A DNA stretch of 53,879 nt, from assembly GCA_041946805.1 (NCBI GenBank), contig JBHGBC010000021.1, positions 1 through 53,879 on the forward strand. The letters run 5' to 3'. Origin of the DNA: a bacterium (GTDB taxonomy: Bacteria > Hinthialibacterota > Hinthialibacteria > Hinthialibacterales > Hinthialibacteraceae). The notes under the pieces are model-generated. The model was not told the DNA's origin. It did not search any database and worked only from the letters and a program-made list of their open reading frames with translations. The position numbers and the translations under genes are program-made. Below are positions 39,702 to 48,549 of this stretch, in pieces (the stretch's first letter is position 1; every line of letters starts with the position of its first letter).

Positions 39702-40274
39702 TCAAGGTCCAAAGGTTGTCAAAACACCATCCGAAAACATACCATTGCTAGGTGTATAAGATATGAAGTTTTCCGGGGTCATCGGATCAAACGAGGTCTT
39801 GAAACTAGGCCCCAGGCCGTAAACCACGTAGTTCGCGCTGCCGTTGTAACCGTAGGGCGGGAGCATCACCCGCTGGCCGGTGGCCTGGAGGAAATTGAGG
39901 TAGAAATAGGTCATGTTCCCGGCGCGTTCGGACTCCACGAACTCATGCCGTTCCCGGTGGGCTGGAAAGAGAAAAATGTCCTCGGGGATGGAATTGACAT
40001 ACGGAATGGGCGTGGATAACCGGTTGAGATCGCCCGGCAGCGCCTTGCCCGGTTCGCGGTTAATTGGATACTCGTCCCGGTCCACGAAGTACATCTCGAG
40101 AGCCCAGGCCAGGATCTCCTGTTCCGCCATGGAACGGGCCACCTTGGCGCGGATGACGGCGTTCAAAAAGTTCGGCACGGCAATGGCGAAGAGCATGGAG
40201 ATAATGGTGGCCACCGTCATCAACTCTATTAATGTAAATCCTTGATTTCTTTTATTTTTCATGATCCGATTCAT
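39702..40274 (-). CDS. GspG-like major (pseudo)pilin
   Basis: NQG|FTLIELMTVATIISMLFAIAVPNF; ALEMYFVDRDEYP. Confidence 0.85.
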   Translation of the reverse strand: MNRIMKNKRNQGFTLIELMTVATIISMLFAIAVPNFLNAVIRAKVARSMAEQEILAWALEMYFVDRDEYPINREPGKALPGDLNRLSTPIPYVNSIPEDIFLFPAHRERHEFVESERAGNMTYFYLNFLQATGQRVMLPPYGYNGSANYVVYGLGPSFKTSFDPMTPENFISYTPSNGMFSDGVLTTFGP

Positions 40275-40337
40275 CCTTTTTCTCGTTCACCCGGCTGGGC
40301 GGGAATCTATTAAGGATCTTGGTGAGTATTTCTTTCA

Positions 40338-40370
40338 CCCTCTTCCTCTGGGAGAGAGAAGGGGTGAGGG
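40338..40370. repeat. REP-like CCCTC family copy (degenerate)
   Basis: ccctcttcctctgggagagagaaggggtgaggg. Confidence 0.65.
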
Positions 40371-40430
40371 ATTTCAAAGTAATGGTTTCTCACATCCTGC
40401 CTCTCTCTCAAAGGCAGAGACACCGGCATC

Positions 40431-40985
40431 TCATGATGGTTCCAAAGTCTTGGATTTGATGCCGTCTCCAAGAGAATCGGCCGGCACGGGGTTCCCGGCG
40501 ATGGTTTCGGCTTGGACTTCATCTTTTTCCATGAGAATGCCCTGTTTTCGATAGAGCTCCAGGGTTTTCGAATCATAGAAGGTGCTCAACACGGAATGCT
40601 GGATAGGACTGAACAGGGAATGGTTTACTCCGTTTGCCCGCGCATGCAACATAACACCTGCCAATCCTCCCGCCAACAACAGGCAAGCGGCGGCGGAGGC
40701 GATCATCCAGCGGCGGAAATGGCGCTGCATCTGATTGGACCAATCGTCGAACAAGTGGACTTGGCGTTTAACCCGGTACACCAACTCGGGCGGGGCGTCC
40801 ATGGTCCCGTCCAGACAGGCGATGGAGTCGAACTGCTTGAGCAGTGTGCGCCACGCCTGTTCTTCCCGGCGGCAGGCGGGACACTCGGCCAAATGATTCA
40901 CGAACCGCGACTGCTCGGGCTCGGCAAGCTCCCGGTAGTAGTATTCCGGCCACCGTTCACGGATATCCTCACAAGTAAACGCCAT
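40431..40985 (-). CDS. Zinc-binding (zf-HC2/ZAS) membrane anti-sigma factor
   Basis: HLAECPAC HxxxCxxC motif, single TM helix, directly after the ECF sigma. Confidence 0.88.
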   Translation of the reverse strand: MAFTCEDIRERWPEYYYRELAEPEQSRFVNHLAECPACRREEQAWRTLLKQFDSIACLDGTMDAPPELVYRVKRQVHLFDDWSNQMQRHFRRWMIASAAACLLLAGGLAGVMLHARANGVNHSLFSPIQHSVLSTFYDSKTLELYRKQGILMEKDEVQAETIAGNPVPADSLGDGIKSKTLEPS

Positions 40986-40997
40986 GGTTTTACTCCG

Positions 40998-41591
40998 TTA
41001 TGGCTGCCCGGCCATTTTGGTTTCCGTGGTTGGATTTGCTTCCAAATCCGATATCCCCATGATTCCCCGCAGTTTGAGGAAGGTTTGGTGCAAAGTGGCT
41101 TTCACGGTGCCCACCGGGGTGGAGAGGATTTCGGCGATATCCTGGATCTTCAGATTCTGAAAATGGCGCAGGATGAAAATGGCGCGTTGGCGGTCGGTCA
41201 ACTCGGCCAGGGCGTTTTTGACGTGGTTGAGGTCTTCCACTTTTTTGGCGTAGTCGCGGGGATTCATGCCCTGCTCGACGAGCGACAGGAGGATCAGATT
41301 ATCATGGGTGACACGCTGTTCATGGACGGCGCGGTTGCGCAGGCGGTCGAGGCAGGTATTGACCGCCACGCGGTACACCCACCGTTCGAGTATGACGGTA
41401 TCGGACAGCTGGGGAGCGAAGCGCCAGATTTTCAGAAAGACTTCCTGGGCCACATCGAGGGCGTCATCGCGCCCCCCTACCATCCGCAGGGCGGTGAAAT
41501 AGATCCGCTGTTGATAACGGCGGACGAACTCCTCGAAGATCCCCGGATCCCGTTGCTTGATGCCGCGAACCAAATCCCGCTCGGGACGCAT
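40998..41591 (-). CDS. ECF-family RNA polymerase sigma factor
   Basis: DALDVAQEVFLK, WVYRVAVNTCLDRLR, EIL.TPVGTVKATLH. Confidence 0.93.
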   Translation of the reverse strand: MRPERDLVRGIKQRDPGIFEEFVRRYQQRIYFTALRMVGGRDDALDVAQEVFLKIWRFAPQLSDTVILERWVYRVAVNTCLDRLRNRAVHEQRVTHDNLILLSLVEQGMNPRDYAKKVEDLNHVKNALAELTDRQRAIFILRHFQNLKIQDIAEILSTPVGTVKATLHQTFLKLRGIMGISDLEANPTTETKMAGQP

Positions 41592-41683
41592 ACCCTTCTC
41601 CCCTTGGAAAACGAATCATCACGAAAAACGGCGAATCCGGTTGAACCCTTTGAACCGATCGAATAAAAATATGTATCTATAAA

Positions 41684-41710
41684 GACGGTAGCGTAGAAGG
41701 AAGGGTTTAG
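41684..41710 (-). promoter_or_regulatory. Candidate ECF-sigma (autoregulatory) promoter
   Basis: Minus strand CTAAAC-N17-CGTC about 90 nt upstream of the sigma ATG; resembles the AAC...CGT ECF consensus. Confidence 0.55.
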
Positions 41711-41748
41711 TCCATGGGGAGGGAAAAAATAGGTGGACCGGAAGCCTA

Positions 41749-41955
41749 TCCCAAGGCTGAAGTCCTGAGCTGTTATACCACGGCTCCATGAATGGGGCGC
41801 GGGGCTTTAAGCAGGGTGGATTTATGCCGTAGGTTGAAACCTACGGCTACTCAAATGAATCCCCTGTGGGGATTTGAGAGTGATGGGTTGCGCGGGACTA
41901 GACCCACCTTACCGGTAAGTGGTGGGCTACGCTTCGTTTTGAGTCCATCTTTACA
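41749..41955. repeat. Cluster of REP-like palindromes
   Basis: CCCAAGGCTGAAGTCCTGAGC, GCCGTAGGTTGAAACCTACGGCTAC, AATCCCCTGTGGGGATT, GATGGGTT..ACCCACCTTAC. Confidence 0.55.
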
Positions 41956-42019
41956 ACCAAGCCATCTTCTGGCGCATTGTGGCGCTTAAAAGATGATGTC
42001 ACATCCTGGATATTCATTC

Positions 42020-42811
42020 TCAGTTCGTATCGGTCTTGGATGTCCGAAATTCATGCAGGAGCCGGGCCTTTTCCACGCGCTCGTTCTTGGGTACCGGGTA
42101 TTTCCAGGGCTCGAGGACCGGATTGGCCAGATACTGCTGGAAGCATTCCCGCCAGTCGGCATCGAACGAACTGAGCAAGGCGGTCTGAACTTCTTGCGCG
42201 TTTTGCTGGCCGATATGGTACAACGCCGCGAAAGCCGTCATCCGGGCGTGGGGCGCGATTTCCGGATTCAAGATGATCAGCCGGAGCGCGGGGATGGCCT
42301 CCGGGCCGCAGGCCATGGCCAGATTCAGTACGGGAAAGTCGCGGAGGCTTTTGGCCTTTTCTTGCTCCTGCTCGAATTGCCGGGTTGACGATGAACTGAC
42401 CGGCAAGCTGAAATAGGTGCTTAAATCGAATTGGCGTCCCAATAGAGCGATCGCCTCCACATTTTGGACCACGGCGGAAACTTCGCACAACGCGGCCAGC
42501 CGCAGTTTAACCTGCAGGTCACGCTCCAGTGTATTCGGCTCGACGGTGTCTTTTTTCCGGCCCATGGCTTCCAGCATGTCCCGCTCCCGCGTGATTTGCT
42601 GGTTGAGGTAGGCCTGAATGGTCTCCGGACCTTTCCCCTGGTCCTTCAGGCTGTGGATTTCGTTCTCAAGGGCTTGCTTCTGCGATGCGATGTACCCGAG
42701 GTGAGAGGACTTGGAATAGAGATCAAATTTCCCCTCCTCCGCCATCGCCACGGACAACGAGACCGGAAGGAACAATGAGATGACCGATAAATAGATAACG
42801 TGATTTTTCAT
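42020..42811 (-). CDS. Hypothetical exported helical protein
   Basis: 263 aa ORF, signal peptide, AAGGAG RBS; GPEAIPALRLII HEAT-like segment. Confidence 0.65.
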   Translation of the reverse strand: MKNHVIYLSVISLFLPVSLSVAMAEEGKFDLYSKSSHLGYIASQKQALENEIHSLKDQGKGPETIQAYLNQQITRERDMLEAMGRKKDTVEPNTLERDLQVKLRLAALCEVSAVVQNVEAIALLGRQFDLSTYFSLPVSSSSTRQFEQEQEKAKSLRDFPVLNLAMACGPEAIPALRLIILNPEIAPHARMTAFAALYHIGQQNAQEVQTALLSSFDADWRECFQQYLANPVLEPWKYPVPKNERVEKARLLHEFRTSKTDTN

Positions 42812-42829
42812 CTTGGTTCTCCTTTTTAC

Positions 42830-43603
42830 TTAATTTTGCCACAAATTTATATTTAGATCATTAGAAGTCCAAGCAGTGTCTCTTGTTAATGAAGTACCCA
42901 CATGATCAATCGTATACGTGCCATTGTTCCATCGAGCTTCTACTTGTAATTTAAAAGATCTGTCCTTTATTTTAACGCCATTATGATGAATCTCAATCCG
43001 AAAATTAGTTCTCGCTCTATAAAGATCAATATATTCACCATTTATCTTATAGATGTAATACACTCTGCCCTTTATACCTGGTGAATCTAAATCGACTGGA
43101 ATACCATTTGAAAAATCTTTCCAGGTTGGAGTGGAAGTATCATCTTCATTTATTCCAGTTAACCAAAAACTGATTTTATTTCCGCTATCGTCATATTCGG
43201 CTGTTTGTCCAGATACATTCCAAGCTTTTCCAGCTTTTCCCGTTATATATCGTTTTATAACCAACTCATTATTAGGAATAATCCCACTTAAATCTTGTGA
43301 TTCCACTTGAACATGAATGCATGGAGATTCCCAATAGTCAAGCCACCCACCAATATTTGGGACGGGATCCCAAAAATATCCAATCCCTAAAGTTGTATCA
43401 ACATCGGGATAATCATCAGGATACCAATTACCCCATTTGTTTGTAAAAAAGTTGTATACATAGGCTAATTCAGTTCCTGGTAATAATGTATGTTGAAGTA
43501 TTTCATCAGCAGCATTTCCTGTAGTCATTATATCAATCTGAATGTTTTGCGCTATTACTGAATAATTTGTGAATAGCGTTAACAATAAAATGTATTTTTT
43601 CAT
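42830..43603 (-). CDS. AT-rich hypothetical secreted protein
   Basis: 257 aa ORF with MKKYILLLTLF signal peptide and AAGGAGG RBS; base composition strongly unlike its neighbours. Confidence 0.75.
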   Translation of the reverse strand: MKKYILLLTLFTNYSVIAQNIQIDIMTTGNAADEILQHTLLPGTELAYVYNFFTNKWGNWYPDDYPDVDTTLGIGYFWDPVPNIGGWLDYWESPCIHVQVESQDLSGIIPNNELVIKRYITGKAGKAWNVSGQTAEYDDSGNKISFWLTGINEDDTSTPTWKDFSNGIPVDLDSPGIKGRVYYIYKINGEYIDLYRARTNFRIEIHHNGVKIKDRSFKLQVEARWNNGTYTIDHVGTSLTRDTAWTSNDLNINLWQN

Positions 43604-43873
43604 GATGTCCTCCTTGTTTCTTTATACAACCTCTGCGTTCTTAACTTGATTCCGAAAGAATAAAAACGTTATCAAATCATAGGTTTTTTTCTTGAATGAC
43701 AATCCAGTCAAATTTAGATATTGAAAAGAAATTACCATAACATGTATTGTAGGTGTTTTCCCATCAATAACACAGCATCTTGAATACATTTTTTTAGAAT
43801 TTATGCCGCGTAGTCATTGAATTTTCTTCTTAATACATTTAACACACCAGCCCTATCGAATGTCGAAAAAAAA

Positions 43874-44076
43874 GGCTCATCCGGCAAGTGTGTACTTTTT
43901 TTCCGATGGCCGGTTCACATCTCTTTGAAGAAATCAATGCAAACCACCCCAAAATTCCCTCTCCCTCTGGGAGAGGGAGAGGGAATTTTGGCGGGGGCGG
44001 ACCTTGGTGTCCGCCCCCGCCCCGTGGCGGATGGAATCCATTTTACTTCTTCAGGTACGCACTTCTCGGATGAACC
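43874..44076. mobile_element. Complete MITE-like element, family A (203 bp)
   Basis: TIRs GGCTCATCCGGCAAGTGTGTAC / GTACGCACTTCTCGGATGAACC, flanked on both sides by A8; internal perfect 20-bp hairpin 43949-43991; left ~100 bp related to 53774-53879. Confidence 0.75.
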
Positions 44077-44085
44077 AAAAAAAAT

Positions 44086-44694
44086 TCATCCATTTCCCAG
44101 AATCTCCCGCAATTTTCTCCGGGCATGATAAGCCCTATCCCTTACCGTCTTTTCATTCATGCCCAGAGTAATCGCGATTTGTGCGTAAGGGATTCCGTTC
44201 ACGTAATGCTCGAACAAAATCAATCGATCGATTTTATGAAGATGGCTCAACAGACGTTTGACTCGGGCATGGTCCTCCATCCGGCCTAGCGGAGACGAAG
44301 TATCTTGCCAGTTGCTGAATTCCCGATGCCTGGCAATAAAATCCTCTTGATTGGTGATCCATTTGTTTCTCTGACTGTGATTGATGCACCGATTCAGAAC
44401 AATTTTATACAACCAGGTACGGAAGCGCGCGCGGGGACGGTACCGGTTCGCGGCTTTCCAGATATGCAGGAAAACGTCCTGCGCGATATCCTGGGCTATG
44501 GTTTCATTACGAGTGAACCGGCGGGCCAGCCAGCGCGCATACCTCCAATGGCGGTTGTATAGAATAGCGAATGAATAATGATCGCCTTGACCCATGCGAT
44601 CCATGAGTTCTTCATCGGAAATTTTCTCCCACACTATGAAATGGCCGCAGGTGCCATCCTTTTTCCCGGTTGGTTTTTCCGAGTTGCATGCCAT
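44086..44694 (-). CDS. ECF-family RNA polymerase sigma factor (no adjacent anti-sigma)
   Basis: SDEELM, AQDIAQDVFLHIW, FRTWLYKIVLNRCIN, YAQIA..LGMNEKTVR..YHARRKLR. Confidence 0.9.
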   Translation of the reverse strand: MACNSEKPTGKKDGTCGHFIVWEKISDEELMDRMGQGDHYSFAILYNRHWRYARWLARRFTRNETIAQDIAQDVFLHIWKAANRYRPRARFRTWLYKIVLNRCINHSQRNKWITNQEDFIARHREFSNWQDTSSPLGRMEDHARVKRLLSHLHKIDRLILFEHYVNGIPYAQIAITLGMNEKTVRDRAYHARRKLREILGNG

Positions 44695-44874
44695 ATCGAC
44701 TGCCCTCTACCGGGATGTAGTGCGGGCCGCCAACCGAAAAAGAAAGCAGAACATACGATAATCTCTTTATTATTGATAGCATAAGATTCAAAATTCATCA
44801 ACCAAATTTTATTTATTAATTATTACATATATTGGAGGATAAATGGTTTGGACGGAGCGGAGGGGATAAGAGCC

Positions 44875-45262
44875 ATGTGGGCCGTCACCTTACGGGAACG
44901 GAATCAGTTCTTGACGGGGGTGTGGGTACAATTCGTGAGGTGGGTGTGAAGAGAGAAGGCTTTCCCTCACCCCGGCCCTCCCCCGGAGGAAGAGGGAGGA
45001 GATGAGGGAGGTTGTTGTCTGAATCAGGATGGCCTGGATGGACAAGATGACCAGGATAGACATGATGACCAGGGTGGTGGGTTTTGCGAGGAACGCATGA
45101 TTCAATTTTTTCAACCCCCTCCGAGACTCACCCGATCTTCGGGGGAGGAATCGAGAAGAACACAAAAGACGAAAGGGACGAAAAGGATCGGGCAGGCGGG
45201 ACACCTGCCCTACAACATAGTGGATTTGATGGGATACGCGCTGCGCGCTAACCAACCCTACG
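44875..45262. repeat. Intergenic cluster of REP-like palindromes and 9-bp periodic repeats
   Basis: CCCTC copy 44964-44996; six 9-mers CxxGATxxx 45025-45078; GACGAAAGG/GACGAAAAG; GGGCAGG..CCTGCCCTAC; GATGGG..ACCCTAC. Confidence 0.65.
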
Positions 45263-45285
45263 GTGAGTAATCCATCCTGCAGTGA

Positions 45286-47133
45286 CTAAAACTTCATCGC
45301 GTTCCAATCGGCCAGGGGGAGAGGCCGGCGGGCGGCGGCGGGGATTTTCTCCCATTCGTCCGGCGAGATCAGGACGGTGATGTCCACCGTTGATATTTTG
45401 TCCGGCAAGCGGACCACCAGTTTGGTGATGTCCGGCTGTTGCCGTTGGGGAGCGGGGGGATTGGCGGAAACGGTATCGAAGCGCGCGTTTTCCGGAGTAA
45501 GAATCCGGGCATGCATGGTTTGTCCCTCGATGGTGAGCGCCGCGTTGCGGCCGTCGAGCGCCACCTGCGCCGGCGTTAGCATGCCCCACAGCACCTCGGC
45601 GGGTTGTTCCGCTTCGATTTCATCCCGCGCGAGGATGTATCTCCGGCCCAGCATTCCCAATCCCCGGCGGGCTTTCTTGATTTTATACGCCGCGGAGAGA
45701 TCGGTTTGCGCGAAGGCCCAATCCGGCGCGGTATGAAAGGCGGTGATGGGCGCCGCCGCCTTGGGATCCTGGATTTGGCCGTCGATCACCAGCGTGTTGT
45801 GGCTGGAGTTGATCAGCCGGAAATAGGTCCAGCGCTGATCACCGAAATACCCGGGCAGGTTGTAATCGTCTCCCCCCAGATCCACGGCCCAGCGGTGGCC
45901 GAGGCCATCGAGCACGAAGCTGCCCAGATCCAGGTGGCTGTGATTGGCTTTGTTGTCGCCTCCCTTAAAACCAACAAATAAGGCATTCCGGTCGTTCCAG
46001 GCGCCGCGGAAAAAGGCTACATTGATACCCTTGTAGAACGCATCGAGGGGCACACCGCTTTTCGCCGGATCTTCTCCCTCCTTGGAATACCAAACGAAAT
46101 CCAGGGGGTGCGGCTGCCGGGAATTCACCCGTTGAAACCAGGCGTACAGGGGGCGGCCGTAATGATGGGCCAGCCAATACATTTCGAACGTGCCGCCGAC
46201 CCGGCTGCCCGCGTCGGCGTAGTTGAAGCACAAGCCGTTGGGGCCTTCGAAATCGATGCGGAACTGGCCGGCGTTGTCCATGCCCTCATAGCGCGATAAG
46301 CCGAAATCGGTTCCCAGGGCGCTTTGCAGCGAGGCGAGAAAAAACACCGTGTATTCCGTGGCGTAATGCCAATAGCCCGGGCCTTCGTCCCAACCGCCGT
46401 CCGGGGCGTAGCCCCGCAGCGCCCGGGGCATGGTCTTGACGGCCTTGCGGATCACCTCCGCGGCCTTGTCCGGAATTTCGTCGGCGATGGCCAGCGCCCC
46501 CACGCCCACCCCGCCGTGGCAGACCTGATTCCAGTTGTGCGTAGCCTTGGTCCACCATGCGCCGGTTTCGAAGCCGTTCAAGTAGGCGCCGATGCCTTTT
46601 TCAATCAAGGCCGTCCGGATGCGTTCGCGTTCTTCCGGGCTGAGGCCTTGATACAGCCAATCGTAGGCGATGCCGAACGCGTGCGACATTTCCGCCGTGT
46701 CCAGAAAGTGCGAGGGATTCCAATCCGGGAACGAGCCCGCCGCGTCCAGCTCCTTCACCGCCCGCTGAAGATAACGGGAATCGCCGCTCATCAAGTAAAC
46801 CAGAGAGAGTTGGTACATGCGGTTCAGACAACGGCGGCTTTTATCCAAAAGGCGGGGACCGATGAGTTTGTATTCCACCGGGGGTTCGTTGAGGATCTCA
46901 TCCGCGTCCACTTTGATCTTTTCGTAGATCTCCCGGCGGGCGGGATCATTCTCGATCGCTTGTTTGAGGAGGGGGACGTCTTGCGGATTCAAGATCAGCC
47001 GGGGATGCACTTTTTTCAGAGTGGCCAGCGGATTTTTCTCCTCCGCGGCCAGGCCGGGCAGAACGGCCACCACGAGCCATCCCCACGCGATAGCCCATAG
47101 TCCCCAGCGGTTCGAACGGGTGCCAAAAAACAT
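45286..47133 (-). CDS. Heparinase II/III-family secreted polysaccharide lyase-like protein
   Basis: HPRLIL, WNPSHFLD.AEM, HNWNQVC, DGGWDEGPGYW.Y, FNYAD, NHSHLDLGSF, HNTLVIDG. Confidence 0.88.
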   Translation of the reverse strand: MFFGTRSNRWGLWAIAWGWLVVAVLPGLAAEEKNPLATLKKVHPRLILNPQDVPLLKQAIENDPARREIYEKIKVDADEILNEPPVEYKLIGPRLLDKSRRCLNRMYQLSLVYLMSGDSRYLQRAVKELDAAGSFPDWNPSHFLDTAEMSHAFGIAYDWLYQGLSPEERERIRTALIEKGIGAYLNGFETGAWWTKATHNWNQVCHGGVGVGALAIADEIPDKAAEVIRKAVKTMPRALRGYAPDGGWDEGPGYWHYATEYTVFFLASLQSALGTDFGLSRYEGMDNAGQFRIDFEGPNGLCFNYADAGSRVGGTFEMYWLAHHYGRPLYAWFQRVNSRQPHPLDFVWYSKEGEDPAKSGVPLDAFYKGINVAFFRGAWNDRNALFVGFKGGDNKANHSHLDLGSFVLDGLGHRWAVDLGGDDYNLPGYFGDQRWTYFRLINSSHNTLVIDGQIQDPKAAAPITAFHTAPDWAFAQTDLSAAYKIKKARRGLGMLGRRYILARDEIEAEQPAEVLWGMLTPAQVALDGRNAALTIEGQTMHARILTPENARFDTVSANPPAPQRQQPDITKLVVRLPDKISTVDITVLISPDEWEKIPAAARRPLPLADWNAMKF

Positions 47134-47484
47134 GATAGAAACCTCCCTGAGCAAAAGGATTTGCGGGTATCACCCTACGCCATTTTCCGGAGGAAGGCAA
47201 CGTGAAAATGGATCAAAGCGGGATGGCTGGTTTTCGTCCATGTTCCCATTGATCCTATCCGGAAAAAGTCGTTGAATCATTATTGCGGTGAGGGACCGGG
47301 TTGGTTTCGCGATGCTCAAACCATCCTGCTGAAAGAGCACCGCGATGCCTTCCTTCGTAGGAGCACGTGGCAATTCGCCCCCACGGGATTGAAAGTAGAA
47401 TAAATAAAGAAGCATTTTCGGTTTTTCGAAACCATAATACACCGGACCAGCCATTATTCCTCAGGCGAAAGGACATCCAGTTTC

Positions 47485-48504
47485 ATGCACGGGGACGCGA
47501 ATCAAATCCTGTTTTCTCCGCCCAAAGTTTGGGTCAATGAACTCAAGGCAGGAGAGAGAGTACAATCCTTGTTCCAGGTGACCCGCGTCAATCTGCGCGA
47601 TTACGAAAAGGGCAAGTTTCTATCGCTGCGTCTGGGAGACAAGACCGGCAAGATTTCCGCCATCCTGTGGGACAACGCGGAGGAGGTGTATCAATCCCTC
47701 CGGGAAGGAGACGTGGTGCGCGTGAACTGCCGGATAGGGATTTATAAAGGAGAGATGCAAGCCACTCTCCATGCCATTCAGAAGGTGGAAGACGCCACGG
47801 TGATCGATCCGGCGGATTTCATTCCCGCCTCCGCCGTGCCGGTCGAACAGCTGGTGGAGAAATTCGATGAGCTGATCGGCTCCATCGAAGACACGGATTA
47901 CCAGACGCTGCTGCGGGAATTCCGCAACGACGAAGCCCTCTGGGCGCGTTTCCAATTCGCGCCCGCCGCCAAGCGCTGGCATCATCCCTATTTGCATGGG
48001 TTACTGGAGCATACGTTGTTCGTTGTGAAATTGTGCCGGTTGATCGGGCCGTTGTATCCGGAAGTGAATCTCGATCTCCTGGTGACCGGCGCGGTCTTTC
48101 ATGATTGTGGGAAAATGGAAGAACTTTCGTACGATTCGTACATAGACTACAGCACCGACGGGCGGCTGCTGGGGCATCTGTACATCGGCGCGATGATCGT
48201 CGACCACTTGATCGCAAGCCTGCCGGAATTTCCCGCCGGAAAGCGGCAACAGATCCTTCATATTATCCTGTCGCATCATGGGGAGGTGGAGCGGTCGCCC
48301 GTGCTGCCCATGACCCTGGAAGCCTGCCTGTTCCATTTCATCGACAACATGGACGCCCAGATGGCCGCCGTCCGCCGCGAGATGAACGCCGTGCGGGATG
48401 AGAACCGCGAATGGACCGGCTATGTCAACCTGTTGCACCGCTTTTTGTACCTTGGTGAAAATTCAATCCGCGATGACAATAAGGAAGACACGGAAGGCGC
48501 GTGA
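47485..48504 (+). CDS. yhaM: YhaM/Cbf1-family 3'-5' exoribonuclease (OB-fold + HD domain)
   Basis: LGDKTGKISAILW OB-fold; PAAKRWHH..GLLEHT, HDCGK, GRLLGH, HIILSHHG, IDNMDA. Confidence 0.88.
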   Translation: MHGDANQILFSPPKVWVNELKAGERVQSLFQVTRVNLRDYEKGKFLSLRLGDKTGKISAILWDNAEEVYQSLREGDVVRVNCRIGIYKGEMQATLHAIQKVEDATVIDPADFIPASAVPVEQLVEKFDELIGSIEDTDYQTLLREFRNDEALWARFQFAPAAKRWHHPYLHGLLEHTLFVVKLCRLIGPLYPEVNLDLLVTGAVFHDCGKMEELSYDSYIDYSTDGRLLGHLYIGAMIVDHLIASLPEFPAGKRQQILHIILSHHGEVERSPVLPMTLEACLFHFIDNMDAQMAAVRREMNAVRDENREWTGYVNLLHRFLYLGENSIRDDNKEDTEGA

Positions 48505-48549
48505 CGCCGGCGCGGACGAGGCCAACCCGCTTGTCTCCGAGGTGGCATA

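Noticed and set aside
42830..42870. C-terminus DLNINLWQN as a fourth instance of the C-terminal motif
   Set aside because: The spacing of hydrophobic and aromatic residues does not fit the pattern.
43622..43789. About 55-codon minus-strand ORF in the AT-rich spacer as a candidate anti-sigma
   Set aside because: No RBS, ZAS motif or clear TM helix; probably spurious.
44875..45262. Possible CRISPR array in the repeat clusters
   Set aside because: No identical direct repeats with regular unique spacers, and no cas genes.
47160..47480. Possible structured ncRNA in the divergent heparinase/yhaM spacer
   Set aside because: No recognisable riboswitch, 6S or tRNA features; most simply a divergent promoter region.
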